Source: Adineta vaga (taxonomy: Eukaryota > Animalia > Rotifera). From it: DNA of 64,000 nucleotides. How positions within the stretch are numbered: the first letter of the stretch is position 1; every line of letters begins with the position of its first letter. The notes under the pieces were generated by a model. It was not told where the DNA came from, did not search any database, and saw nothing but the letters and a program-made list of their open reading frames with translations. A program made the translations under genes and the position numbers. The DNA lies in assembly GCA_021613535.1 (NCBI GenBank), contig CP075492.1, positions 19,468,001 to 19,532,000 of the forward strand. The letters run 5' to 3'. Shown piece by piece: positions 28,185-41,061 of the stretch.

Positions 28185-28785
28185 AAACACTTCGAGAACT
28201 TGAACTTTTTAACAATTTTATTAGAAAATAATGAAGTAAGTATAAGTATATTTCCTTCATGCTTAATTAAGATAAATATTCAAATAAGAATTATTCTATA
28301 TTTTATAAAGATTATTTTAATTAGACACTTAAAACACTTCTGCTCTTCAAAAATCAAATTTTTGACATAAGACTCTCTCTCTTTATCAAACAATGAAGTT
28401 GATCAAGATGGAATTCAATATTTGAGCAACGTATTATAAATGAATAAAGTAATATTCAATGAATTCATTTATTTCAAATGAATCAATTCTTCTTGATTAT
28501 AATTATTAATCTGTATAGACATTAAATAAGATCTTTCTCACAAATAATCAAATTGGAGATAAAGGTATTGGATATTTCATCGATAGTATATATAAAATAA
28601 TTGAATAAAACAATAAGTTTAGTTAATTTTTCATACTAATGATATTTTTGATAGACATTTACTTATCTTGATCTTTTCGAAAATCGACTCGGAGATAAAA
28701 ATCGAAAACTTCTTCAGAAATTAAGAAAAAATAAAGGAGATTTGGTCGTAATGTTTCAGTACATAGTTGGACACATTTTAAATTG
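28185..28785 (+). pseudogene. Degraded ribonuclease-inhibitor-type LRR exons
   Basis: Exon-like pieces TLRELELFNNFI, TLKTLLLFKNQI, TLNKIFLTNNQIGDKGIGY and TFTYLDLFENRLGDK, with stops and frameshifts. Confidence 0.55.
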
Positions 28786-30574
28786 ATATCTAATGAACTA
28801 AATTAAGAAAACCTAATCGTAATCTACATTGATGATAATGAAAGATATTAAATAGTATCAATATAAATGTACCGCCAAAGATTGGAGATATGGTTTCCAT
28901 GGATGTGTGCGCAACATTAGAAAGTGATGAGTACATAGAATATGAAAGACAATGGTGATGCCCAGGGTGTTCGAAGTGTTTGAGGTTTATAGATTATCAA
29001 GAGTGAGGCTGGTGTTGCTGATCAATATAATACCGTTAAAACTGTGAACATTACGAGCACTTTGAACACCTCGAATACCATCAAATACATCATGACTTTC
29101 GTTGACAGTACATCGATAATACTATTGTTATATTTATTTATATATGGACCTTTGCAGAAGACCATTCTATTCTCAAATAATGATTTTGTCGTAAAATCGT
29201 ATTCTCCAACATGTGAATATCACTCATTTTATTAACACCCTCGATAGTTTCCTTGATACTTCAAATTTCATTGTTGGTTTTAAATTGTCTTAACTACGTA
29301 GAAGAAAAAAAGCGAAATGTTGTGTATTCTGGTAATCAATTCAACGGATACATCGAGATTTTGTGTATGATTATACTCAAGTTTTTTTCATCGCGACATG
29401 TCACCAATAATATCAGGTATTAACGGCGTATTTCTTTCGTCTTTTTTGTAGTATCTACACTTTGATTTCAAATCAATTATTGCGTGATCCAATTATACGG
29501 CTTAATTTTTTCATTCAAACATGTTATGCATAATCTATATGAAAGCATTGTGCCACCTGCTGACAACTACATCAGCAAAATGAAAACTAGCGAGAAAAAA
29601 AGATAATGTCTAAAAGTTCAATTGCACGATATGCACTTAAACATGAGATAAACACTTAAATCAAGAATTGTCTGTAGAAGAAGAATAAAATTGAACTATT
29701 GTTCGAATCAATTCGAATATTACATCATTTTAAGTGGATGATATTTTTGTTTCATAAATGCGAAGAAAATTGACATACGTTTTGATAAAGATGATAAACA
29801 TTGTAAAACGACGTTTGAGGATAAAGTTCTGAACAAAATGTAAAATTATAGAATTTATCAAAACGATCATCTTGTTTATTCTCATTTTGAATGAATTATA
29901 AAAATCCAAACGATCAAATGTATTTTAATATCGTTTAATAGTTGATCACATATCTTCATTAATATTGATACGATATAGTTGGAGATTAATTCTCTTCAAA
30001 AATCTTTTCATCTGGACAATATAGATTCACAAATAGTTATAGATAACTTATGAATAAGAGAAAATATTAAACAAACTTCTATGTAATATATCGAATTGAA
30101 CTAAGAAAAATTGAAATTGAACTATGATGAAAATATGAATTATCATTAAATTGAAAAGTTAAACATGTTATTATTATATCAGAATATTTCAATGTATCAT
30201 TGAAATAAATAAAGTTTTTAAATCGATGAAAATTGAAATTGTTTGAAAAGAAAATCATCATTTGAAATATTAAAACATCTGATTAAGTAAACGAGAAAGA
30301 ACATTTTCATAAATACTTTTTTTCAAAATAGTATCTTATTGGTAAATTTAAAAAAAACGTAGATAATGAAATATATCTTCATTTTGAAGAATATCAATAT
30401 TAAAATAAATTGAAAGAAGATTTGACATTCATTTTACTAGTTTTTAATTCTTTTTCAATTACAGTTCTATTAAATTTAAATTTTGAAATATTTGAAATGA
30501 TTAAAAAATATTCGATATAATGTTTTTATTCGTTTTACATGTAGATAATCCTAGTATATGTATTCATATTATTC

Positions 30575-32369
30575 TCAAGTTCCATTAAAAAAAAACTCGA
30601 GTCGCAACCACGTCTAGAAATAATACAAATCGAAATTTTAAAAGTAGAGACTAAATTGATTGAATGTTACTTGATTATGGTGCTGTGCTGCACGAAGATA
30701 TCGACATCCTTCATCGCTAATTCGATTTTTGGAGAGACAGAGTGTTGTCAATGTCTAAAGATAATACAAACTGGGAGTTCAAGCAATGAATAAGTCAATT
30801 AAATGTTACAGTGTTTTGTTCCAGTGCTTGACTAAGATGTCGCGCACCTTCACCTCCAATTTCGTTTCTATAGAGGCTAAGTGTTGTCAATACCTATTGA
30901 AAATAAGAAAGTTGAGTTTCAACAGAGTTTATAAGCCAGTCGAATGTTACAGTGTTCTGTTCCAATGCTTGACTAAGATATCGAGCACCTTCATCTCCAA
31001 TTGAATTAATCGAAAGATCGAGTTCTATTAATGTCTAGAAATAATATTAACCGTGAATTTGAAAGCAGAGATTAAGCTGATTGAATGATACTTGATTTTG
31101 CTGCAGTGCTTGACTAAGATGGCGAGCACATTCATCTTCAATTCCATTGTTACAAAGGTTCAGTAATGTCAATGTCTAGAGAAAATGAAAATCACGATTT
31201 TGAAAGTAATGAATAAATTTATTGAATATCACTTTGTTCTGTTTCACTGCTTGACTAAGATATCGAACACCTTCAATATAAATTTGATTTGCAGCGAGAT
31301 TCAATTTTGTCAGCGTCTAGAAATCATGAAAAGAACAAATTCGATAGCAATAAGTAAGTCGTTTGAATGTCACGGTGTTTTGTTTCAATGCTTCACTAAG
31401 ATGTCGAGCACCTTCATTTTCAACTGAATTGTAAGAGAGTTCAAGTGTTGTCAATGTCTAGAAATAAGATAAATTGGGTATTTGAAAGCAATAAGTAAGT
31501 CGATCAAATGCTACTTCATTTTGTTGCAGTGCTTCATGAAGATGTCGAATACCTTCATTCCCAATTTCATTTCCAGAGAGGTCGAGTGTTGTCAATGTCT
31601 AGAAATAAGGCAAACTGACGGTTTGAAAGCAGAGATTAATTTGATTAAATATTACTTGGTTTTGTTGCAGTGCTTGACTAAGATATCGAGTACCGTTATC
31701 TCTGATTGAATTATTAGAAAGGCAAAGTTCTGTAAGGACCTGCAGAAAATAAGAAATTCTAAGTGAATGCAACGACGGAGTAGGTCAAAGGCGACTTTGT
31801 TGTGTTTGAGTGCTTCGCTCAGATGTCGAGCGCCCTCCTCTTCAATATCATTGTAATAGAGGTGTAGTTCTACAAGTGTCTGTACACTAAAACAGCATTT
31901 AAATTTGAGGACAGTAAAGGCGCCAAATTAAACACTACCGTGTTATGTTTCAGCGCTTTACTTAGATGTCGAGCACCTTCAGCTCCGATTCGACTGTAAT
32001 GGAGTTGTAGTTCTACAAGAGTCTAAAGAAAATATTGCGTCTTAATTTAGTGGTAATATGAAGAGTAGATTCAATGATACTTTGCTGTGGTTTAGTGCTT
32101 CACTTAGATGTTGAAACTTTTTACCTACAATATCATTGGAATACAGGCGGATATGTGTAAGTCTCTATATGAAAGATAGAAATATATAACGTAATTTTCT
32201 TAATTATTGGTATTGGGCTTGCGTTTACCTGGTATCGTGAATAGGAATGGAGAACAATATTCAAACGTTGACATATGTTGTTTGCCAACACAAGTAGTTG
32301 GTAATCATCTAGATGATCGAGTATGCGATATAGCAGCTCTATTGGCAATGTTTGCAACGACCAAGGCAT
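30575..32369 (-). CDS. F-box + RI-like LRR protein (11 LRR exons of ~84 bp)
   Basis: Exon 1 F-box SLQTLPIELLYRILDHLDD...ICQRLN. Then ~140-bp periodic exon+intron units each encoding 28 aa, e.g. TLTTLDLSGNEIGNEGIRHLHEALQQNE. Confidence 0.88.
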
Positions 32370-33024
32370 GTTGAGTGATATGATAGTTTATGTCGTGTTT
32401 CTTTTGTATTGAAAACTTTTTGTATGAAATACATGATCTTTTCCTTTTTATAAGCTTTTATAGCACTCAGTTATGTAAGTATAAGTTTATGATGCGAAGA
32501 ACATGAATCTTCAAAGGTAGAAATATCACGAAGAAGAAGGTTCTTATCGATAAAACGAACAAGATCATATTTAACTGAATCTATCTTGAATATTTTTATT
32601 GCTACTTTTATCTGACAATGATTCCGTTGTATAAAAGCAGATAAAAAACAATATTGAAAAAACGAAACAACTATTTTTACTACAGAGTTGGAAAAAATAA
32701 TTTGATAGGGGGCACCGGTATATTCTGATGATTGTAATTCACATATCATTGTTCGAAGATGGGTGTAGGATTGTTATTCTGATACGTTCAGATTATTATT
32801 TTATTTAAAAGCTTTATGAATAATGTTTGTTCTTCTGATATATTGATGATGAAATATAAAGACGAAATTATTGATAATGGTGTAATTTCCTTATTAATTG
32901 AATTACAATTTGTATCTATGTTAATTAATTATAAAACATTTTTTATGACAAATTATCCGTTTATCATAGAGTTTATTAAAAATTGATTTGAAATTACATT
33001 CAAACGTGACGAAATAAATAATAA

Positions 33025-33943
33025 AAGTTACTTTTTTGCAAATAGATTGAGAATTCCTCCTTTCATCTCAATATTTTCTTTCGATATATTCATCTGCCGT
33101 CTTTTAAAAATATAAATGCTAACTAAAGACAAAACAATCATAATAACTGCTAACGAAATTACTATTGTTAAGATTATTTTCCATTTTTCATTATCATTTT
33201 TTATTGATTTAGTTGTACTAGTTGTCAGAGGTGAACAATAAGAATCAATATTTTTACATTCTCCATCAATTAATTCGTCAACAATTAATTGATTTGATAA
33301 ACAAACTAATTTATTTCTTTTAAATTTTCACAGTTCGGTATAATGATAATTGAGTAAGGAGTCGATGTCATATTATATAAAGAAACGAAGTTGTTTGATT
33401 TTTCGATCGAAATTGTTGACCATAGTTTCTAATGAAGAAATTGAATTTGAACTTAAATGAGATCAATATTTGTTAATGAACAATTGTTAAAATAAATTGT
33501 CTTCCATTTCAAAATCGATTATTGATCTGTAATGAAATAGATTTCTTTTGAATCTATGATAATTATTTGAGAAATAGTTGTATTATTAAATACGTTTAAA
33601 TTGAATTGATATAGAAGATTAGAAATATTATTATATTGAATATTTAAAATAGTATAAATTCCGTATATTTCATATCACTATTAAATGCAGAATCAGCAAG
33701 TTAAAAATTTCTTGGTGATTGAAATTTAATAAAAATTGATATTTTAGTAGAATAATTCAATGATTTAAAAGTATTTTCTGCTATTTCATCATTAGAAAGA
33801 TTTTCAATACATATCATTGAAGTTTTATTGTCTGTACAATGGCAAGTAATGTTTGAATTATTCAGACATATTGTTTGTGATTTGTTTAAAATTATAATTG
33901 AAATCAAATGAAAAATATAGTAAAACATTTTCATTTCAAACAT
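33025..33943 (-). pseudogene. Degraded signal peptide-LRR-TM receptor-like gene
   Basis: Signal peptide plus Cys cap (CLNNSNITCHC), LRR-like fragments, and TM IILTIVISLAVIMIVLSLVSIYIF followed by KRR. Frameshifts present. Confidence 0.45.
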
Positions 33944-34584
33944 TGATGCACTTAGAAAAAGTTGTATTAAATCAAATGTTATATGTTATCATGCATCTTC
34001 TTTTTTATCTGTTCTCTTATAATATGGTCAGAGTATTTCGAAAGAAATTATATGAATCATTGATAAGAATTGTCTTGAGGGTGTGGGAGTGTGTTCAGTT
34101 TCAATTTAAAATATAATGACTACTACATCGAGCTGTAAATCATTACAAATGAAATTTAAGTTCTATTAAAAGTTTGAAAACTTTCACAAGGTATCGAGAG
34201 GGTCAAAGTAAAGGTTTTTTTTAGGTACAGTGAGCCATTAAACTTACACTCAAACGCATTCGTCTATGCTAAGATATATAGGTCTAACAGAGAGCTATCG
34301 ATTGATGTATAATATGTGCGTCTTTGCATTAATTTCAAAGCATTCTTTTATACTGAATCTTACACATAAAAATTTGGATTTTGGGACATTGAAAATCTCG
34401 GTCCGTTTGCACCTAATAGTTGCGAAATTTTTAGTGGATACTCGGAAAATGATGAGAAACAATATGTAGGTATTAAATTTTGTCTAAACTCACTTTCATT
34501 TTTTTTCATTAATTGCACAATAAAGTTGCAATTTACTCATATATTGAGTTGTTCAATCAAATTATATTAATGTTAAATACTCTA

Positions 34585-36322
34585 GCATCAGAAAAACTGT
34601 TGCCACATTAATGAATAAAAACTCAACTGGTCTTGACGGAGTATCCACCAAAATGATTAAATTACTTCCCACATCACACCTTGCATTTATCACTTCATCG
34701 TTCAACTACTTCTTTCAACATACTACCTTGCCTGAACACTGGCTCACAGCTAAGATGATCCTTTTATCCAAGACAAAAACATCTACAGTAGAATTAAATG
34801 ATACACGACCAATATCATTACTACCATGTTTCTCTAAAGTATACGAGAAATTATTTCTTCAACATTTTCGACAATGGATATACGACCATGGTATACTTCC
34901 TGAAGAACAAACTGGTTTTCGACCGGGTTTCAATATGTATACTCGTATCGCATCTATTGTAGATCAAATAGGACAAGGACTTGCCTTAAATACTGCAAAT
35001 GCTGCTTTATTTATAGACTTCAAAAGTGCTTTCAACCAGCTTTGGATAAAAGGCTTATGGATAAAACTTAGAAGATTAAACTGTCCCCTATATTTTATGG
35101 CTTGGTTAAAGAATTACTTAATCGGTCGTTCAGCTTACGTCGAACTTGATGGATGTCAATCGGATAAATTCCAATTGTACAAAGGTGTGCCACAAGGATC
35201 ATGTATCGGACCTGTTCTATTTATCATTTACCACTACGATATATTAAACGCAATATCAAACATACATTTTAAACATCTTTTTGCTGATGACCTCGCTGTT
35301 GTTCTTTCACCTTCATCCAACTGGTCATCACAAATGCTTATTCCTAATCTTGCACAACAAATTACGAATGTAGTAAAAGACTTGTATGCATATTCAATCA
35401 CATGGAAACAACCTCTCAACTTCAAAAAGACTTACTGGACACTCTTTCATAGGCAAGTCTCACCATCCATACCAGTTATCCGATGTGAAAACAATATCAT
35501 CGAACAAGTCTCCAAAATCAAATATCTCGGTGTCATACTTGATGCCAAATTATCATTTAATCACCATCTCGATCATATAAAATCCAAAATAAATAAAAAC
35601 TTTGTTGTGTTCAAACGTTTATCAAGTAGTCGTATGTTATCCCAGGAAGTTTCTTATCGATTATATTATGCTTACGTTCGACCGTACTACCAATCTATAC
35701 TAAATATTTATCCTGTTCTATCTCGGACAAAACGACAGCAAATGGAAGCAATAAATCGGAAAGTATTCCGTTATATACACAGATGGTATGATGCAACAAA
35801 CGATGAAGTCATGAATCTTCCAAATTATAAATCAATTGAACTTCTCTCACGCATCCACTACTCTAAACTTCTACAAACAATCATTCGTACAAATCCATCG
35901 ACTATTACCGACTTCTTCCAACACAAAATGTATCTGCTGTACCTCAGAGAATATTACCTTAACCCTAAACTACGAAAAGAAAAACAATCGATAGTTCCAG
36001 TAGGACGAACATCGGATCGAATCAACGAACTATTATTGTATTGTGAAAAATCTCTTTTCGACCTTGTATTCTGCTTTATCTCTAGTTAACATTGTATTTC
36101 TTATTCTTTTTCTCTTTCTATAAAATTAATCTTCTTTCTTTTTGTACTTAGTACTATGTTAATATATATTGATATGTACATATAGATATATATCCTTCTG
36201 TTCTTAATCTATGTGGTTTTTGCCTTGGACTATAGAGACGATGTTTGTCTAAGTCCATACTCTCTTCTGTTTTTCTCTAAAATATCTTTCTATATACAAT
36301 AAAGCAATATACTACTACTACT
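34585..36322 (+). mobile_element. 5'-truncated non-LTR retrotransposon (Jockey/CR1/L2-like)
   Basis: RT ORF with no endonuclease domain, followed by a 3' UTR, AATAAA (~36298) and a (TAC)n tail at ~36310-36322. Confidence 0.88.
34611..36089 (+). CDS. Non-LTR reverse transcriptase (uninterrupted, N-terminally truncated)
   Basis: STGLDG, RPISLLPCFSKVYEK, EQTGFRPG, FIDFKSAFN, GVPQGSCIGPVLF, catalytic FADD, KYLGVILD. Confidence 0.93.
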   Translation: MNKNSTGLDGVSTKMIKLLPTSHLAFITSSFNYFFQHTTLPEHWLTAKMILLSKTKTSTVELNDTRPISLLPCFSKVYEKLFLQHFRQWIYDHGILPEEQTGFRPGFNMYTRIASIVDQIGQGLALNTANAALFIDFKSAFNQLWIKGLWIKLRRLNCPLYFMAWLKNYLIGRSAYVELDGCQSDKFQLYKGVPQGSCIGPVLFIIYHYDILNAISNIHFKHLFADDLAVVLSPSSNWSSQMLIPNLAQQITNVVKDLYAYSITWKQPLNFKKTYWTLFHRQVSPSIPVIRCENNIIEQVSKIKYLGVILDAKLSFNHHLDHIKSKINKNFVVFKRLSSSRMLSQEVSYRLYYAYVRPYYQSILNIYPVLSRTKRQQMEAINRKVFRYIHRWYDATNDEVMNLPNYKSIELLSRIHYSKLLQTIIRTNPSTITDFFQHKMYLLYLREYYLNPKLRKEKQSIVPVGRTSDRINELLLYCEKSLFDLVFCFISS

Positions 36323-37028
36323 TTGCTTTATTGATGTAAATATTGTTCATGTAGTTATTTCTTTGGTATTCGCGAAAACAAAATGCGACCTATATTTTTC
36401 TGTCGAACCTTGTGTACTTTATGATATGCTGTCGAACTTGATATTAAATTCAATTTTATATGTAAAAATATTTGCATTGAAATTAATGTTGTAATGATCC
36501 TAGCTCATTCGATATGATTGTAATTTTATTCTAGAAAAAAGTGATTAGTTTAAGATCTGTAAAGAACGAATGAAAGCATCTTTTAGAAAAAAATCTTTGT
36601 CAGTACGATGTGTTCTGTATTTCATCTTGTATTCATTTCTTTGTAAGATTTATTATTATTCAGATGTGTGTAATATTGAATTATTCATTCAGTTTTTTTC
36701 TTAAATGATTCAACGATCAAAAAGCTTTATATATTATATTTTTTTCTTTTTGAATTATTTTTCATTTTAAAGTTTTTGCATAAGTTCATCATGAATAGAT
36801 CGTTAATTTAAATTTCTCTGGCATGTTTGAAGTATATGCTTTTCTGCTTAATCACATTGCTAAAAGGACATATTTTTCTTTCTTCCTCTTCGTAGAGGAT
36901 ATATCGTCTGGAAGGACAAACGACCATCTATACAAAGGCTATACTATATATGATAATTTCGAAATTTCTTCTTCGTATATAAAGGATATTGCTAAACAGT
37001 TAATCAGTTCGTTCGAGATAATTTTAAC

Positions 37029-37531
37029 ATGTCCGTAAGAAAAAGTCGTAATTTAGGATCATCTCGATCTACTGCTTCCGAGCACATTCAACGTGCCACG
37101 ACTCGAATTTATAACGAAGCTATATCAGATCCATCACTTGTTGTTTCACCATATATCAATGCTTGGTTGGAGGAACACTCACGTGTCTATATGCACGATC
37201 CTGTAGGTATGCTGCAATATGTTTTCGCCTTGGCATCTTTTCCTTGGTGAAGGCAATTACATGTATCCTAATAATCGACAGAGTACACCAACAACACTTT
37301 TTTTTATCTTTATTTACTCGACCAGGTATGAATGATGCAATTTATTCAAATATTTTGGTAAAAATTATTTTTGTTTAGCTTATGGAAAGTCGGATTTATT
37401 TCATGCAAAAAAAGATTCAATCATTAATTTTTTATCGGTTCGTCAAGGTCTTGAAGCCTACGGTAGCTCCAACAAACGAAGACGAAAAATAAATGTTAAA
37501 ATGCCTGATCTTACTGCTTTTGCTGATGAGG
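37029..37531 (+). pseudogene. Fragment of a P-loop NTPase-like gene
   Basis: Spliced reading FLSLFTRP|AYGKS (Walker A-like) and LTAFADE (Walker B-like). Frameshift near 37245; no further exons recognised. Confidence 0.4.
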
Positions 37532-37837
37532 TAGAGTTGTCTGAAATTTAGAATAGTATCCTAAAGATTTATCGAGTGAATAATATTAGATACAAGAAGT
37601 TATTTTTTTTATATGTATAAGTATGCATTCTATGAGATTAAAATATACTTACGTTTCATTTCAAGAAATAATTAACCATTAATACTTTCTTCGCAATATA
37701 TTTCTTCTCGTCGAACATATGAATAACGTTATTTAATGACGTGTATTTACATGAATATTGTATTAAGATGTATTGCGATCCATTGCCAAAGTATATATAT
37801 ATATAATTAAGTTAGATCTTCATATCCATAATATTAA

Positions 37838-40228
37838 CCCTTTGACTTCCCTGGTATAAAAAAAGCTACACCTGTTTTTTTAATATTTCTCATAATGTAA
37901 TTCATAAAAATTAGTACATAATCTTTTGAAAGGATGTAACAGAAAGTGTTCTAGGATTTTTTTCGAAGTACCTGTGCCATATACACCGCCTTCACATAGC
38001 GGTATTTGCGATCTTAACACAAGCTAGTGTCGCGAAGTATTTGGATCAGTTGATGCCGTATATCAGTTTTACGCGTTCTTCTATATCTTTGATTTTCCTT
38101 TTCTAATGACGTCATTTGTACTCATCTACCTTCTATGTTCTGCTATTCTTCTATGATATTATATATGTATTCTTTCATGACGTCATGTTCTCTGTTGGAT
38201 CTTCCTAGAACGTAATGTTCGAAATCTATATATAGTTACTGATTTTCTGCTATAATACATCTATATTTATCTCATACAATTAGTTTTAACTGTTTCCATT
38301 TGATCGAACGTAATTCTAATATACAACAAGCACAACATGGATACTGATCAAGAAAGTAATGCAAGTGACTTACCTTTTGCTGATGAAAGCGGTTTTTATG
38401 AGGAAAATGAAAGTGATCTTGAAATAGATGAAGAAGACGTTATTGAAGATGAAAACGAAGAAGAAGATGATGATACTGAAAACAAAATGGAAGAAGAACT
38501 TGAGTGGATTTGGAGTGAAAAATTTATACAAGACACAATTTTTTCTGTAAATGAAGTCAAAGGACACACAACAATAAATTTTACCAATAACATCAAACCG
38601 ATTGACATCTTCCACAAGTTCTTCACACAAGATGTTTATAATTTGATGATAAAACAAACAAATATTTATGGAAAGAAAAAATGGTTGGCACAAGAACAAC
38701 CAAGTAATTGGCAAGAAGTTAGTGAAAGTACTATTCGTGCTTTTCTCGGTATATTGATAATCATGGGTCTACATCGATTACCTCGAATAAATGATTACTG
38801 GTGTAGGAATAAAATATTTTATACAGAAATTATTTCGAATACTATGCCAAGAAAAGAATTTTATCGAATATTTACTTCATTTCATTTATCAGACAATACA
38901 AAACAAAAACAATTTGCAAAAAGTTCAAAAAAGTTCAAATTATTCAAAGTTTTCGACTTCATACATTTACTCAAGACGAACTTTCAAGTGAACTTTATTT
39001 TGGGAACCAACATTTGCATCGACGAAAGTATGATCAAATTTAAAGGTAAAAGCTCTTTGAAACAATATTTACCTTTAAAACCGATCAAGAGAGGATACAA
39101 GGTGTGGTGTTTAGCAGATTCTTTGACAGGATATCTTTATAATTTCGACATTTATACCGGTAAACAAGAAACTAGACAAGGAGCATTAGGTGAAAGTGTT
39201 GTTTTACAGCTTATTAACAACTTGAATTTAGTGAATCACCAGCTATTTTTTGATAACTTTTTTACATCTATTCCTCTGCTGCTACAACTAAAACAGAAGA
39301 AAATTGGAGCAACTGGAACGATAAGAACTAATAGAAAGTTATTTCCTACAGAACTTTTACTAAAAGAGAAACTGAAAAGAGGAGAATATAAATACTGCTC
39401 TTACAACCAAATATCTGTGGTCAAATGGCAGGACAGGAAGCCGGTGTTTGTTGCAACTAATTCCTTTGATCCAAGAGAAACAGAAACAATTTTTAGAGGA
39501 GAAAAAGATGGCTCAAAACAACGCATTATTTGTCCACAAATGATATCTAAATACAACAAATTTATGGGTGGTGTAGATTCATTCGATCAACGCATTTCTT
39601 GTTATTCGATTGACAGAAAATCTAAGCGAAATTGGTTTCGTATATTTATTTACTTCCTTCAAGCAAGTCTTTCGAATGCGTTGATTTGTTATAACGATCT
39701 CAATGAACAACATATGGATTATATTGACTTCCTCTCTTCTATTTCAATGTCGCTAATTGGTGATGTTAGTACAAGAAAAAGAAAAGGTAGACCTGTTCAC
39801 TTTTCTGCTCAAAAGCTAAGACGAATTCAAATGACAACGAAGAACAAATCTTTATCAACTCAATTATTAGCACATATGCCTGTAGCTGGACCTAAAGGAA
39901 GGTGTGGATATTGCAGTACTAAAGCTCGACCGATATTTAGTAACATAAAATGCAGTTTTTGTGGTATTTCTTTATGTGTAAAACAGCATAAAAATTGTTT
40001 TTTGTTATTTCATGAAAACACTGCATAAGTTTTACAATTAATAAACTTCAACAGTTAAAATTTCCGTTCAGCCTAGTAGAGTTCAATGTGACTTATATTG
40101 CGCAAATCGATTAATCACCTGTGATAACACATAAGATATATCTAACATATACTCTTATGTCTAGAGGAAGCTAATTCAGTGATTTACTTGAATGCAATCC
40201 AACAAAAAATAATTCGGAAGTCAAAGGG
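37838..40228 (+). mobile_element. Full-length autonomous piggyBac transposon (2391 bp)
   Basis: TTAA|CCCTTTGACTTCC ... GGAAGTCAAAGGG|TTAA: perfect 13-bp TIRs and TTAA TSD enclosing an intact transposase. Confidence 0.97.
38337..40028 (+). CDS. piggyBac transposase (563 aa)
   Basis: Acidic N-terminus; catalytic triad in CIDESM, FFDNFFTS and MGGVDSFDQ; KPIKRGYKVW; C-terminal Cys-rich domain CGYC...CSFCGISLC...CF..FH. Confidence 0.97.
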   Translation: MDTDQESNASDLPFADESGFYEENESDLEIDEEDVIEDENEEEDDDTENKMEEELEWIWSEKFIQDTIFSVNEVKGHTTINFTNNIKPIDIFHKFFTQDVYNLMIKQTNIYGKKKWLAQEQPSNWQEVSESTIRAFLGILIIMGLHRLPRINDYWCRNKIFYTEIISNTMPRKEFYRIFTSFHLSDNTKQKQFAKSSKKFKLFKVFDFIHLLKTNFQVNFILGTNICIDESMIKFKGKSSLKQYLPLKPIKRGYKVWCLADSLTGYLYNFDIYTGKQETRQGALGESVVLQLINNLNLVNHQLFFDNFFTSIPLLLQLKQKKIGATGTIRTNRKLFPTELLLKEKLKRGEYKYCSYNQISVVKWQDRKPVFVATNSFDPRETETIFRGEKDGSKQRIICPQMISKYNKFMGGVDSFDQRISCYSIDRKSKRNWFRIFIYFLQASLSNALICYNDLNEQHMDYIDFLSSISMSLIGDVSTRKRKGRPVHFSAQKLRRIQMTTKNKSLSTQLLAHMPVAGPKGRCGYCSTKARPIFSNIKCSFCGISLCVKQHKNCFLLFHENTA

Positions 40229-40232
40229 TTAA

Positions 40233-40490
40233 CTTCATAAACCCTCGAAAACCGCTTTTGTCTTCTACGGTTCTTCTAATAAATGTATGAGCAAACCTTT
40301 TAAGGGTAGATGAATGCTCATCTACCCCTGAAAGGTTTATGAAAATGCAACGTATAACAAACCCCTCCATGGTTTATGAAAAATAAGGGTTTTTGAGAGG
40401 GTATATGACGTTCATAAACCCAAAAAGGGTTCATGTCGCGAGCATCAATCCTTTTCGAGGGTTTATAACTCTACGCTTTTTTTTACAGTG
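40233..40490. mobile_element. Right end of a CACTG-terminated (CMC/EnSpm-like) element with AAACCC/GGGTTT subterminal repeats
   Basis: Many direct and inverted AAACCC motifs. Ends TTTTTTTTACAGTG exactly at the junction with the integrase fragment. Left end not found. Confidence 0.5.
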
Positions 40491-41061
40491 AACAGCTTAT
40501 CATCCACAAACAAATGGACAAATTGAACGTTTTAATGCAACAATGGATGGGAAAATAGCATCATTATGCAATGAACAACGTACAAATTGGGATGAAATGT
40601 TACAATTTGTTACATTTAATTACAATGCATCCGTACATGCAACAACAAAGCATACACCATTTGAAATGATGCACGGTCGACAAGCTAGTCTTCCATTCGA
40701 TCAACAACGGACACTTATTTCACTTACAAACGACACTGAACATGGAGAAAAACTTCGAAATTACCTTGAAAAACTAACAGATGATGCACGAAAAAACATT
40801 CAAAAATCTCAGCAACAATATAAGATTCGATATGATCAACATCGACAAGAATTATAAATCAAAATTAATGATTTAGTCCTGATTAAAACCAGAAATTTTC
40901 GAAACAAATTCGATATTAGGTACGAAGGTCCATTTCGAATTATCGAACAATTAGGAAGAAAAACATTCATTGTACAACATGTGAAGAAAACAACATTAAC
41001 AAAACAAGTTACGATGGATGTCATCGTTCCACTAGTGGAGCGGTGGAATCTATGTGATTAA
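40491..41061 (+). pseudogene. Gypsy integrase C-terminal half
   Basis: TAYHPQTNGQIERFN, WDEMLQFVTFNYN, TPFEMMHGR, and GPY/F motif YEGPFRII. One in-frame TAA at 40855-40857. Confidence 0.9.

Noticed and set aside
30786-31709. Plus-strand Cys-rich repetitive ORFs
   Set aside because: Antisense shadows of the minus-strand LRR exons.
32471-32749. VAIKIFK kinase-like word downstream of the LRR-TM remnant
   Set aside because: No Gly-rich loop, HRD or DFG motif found; insufficient to call a kinase.
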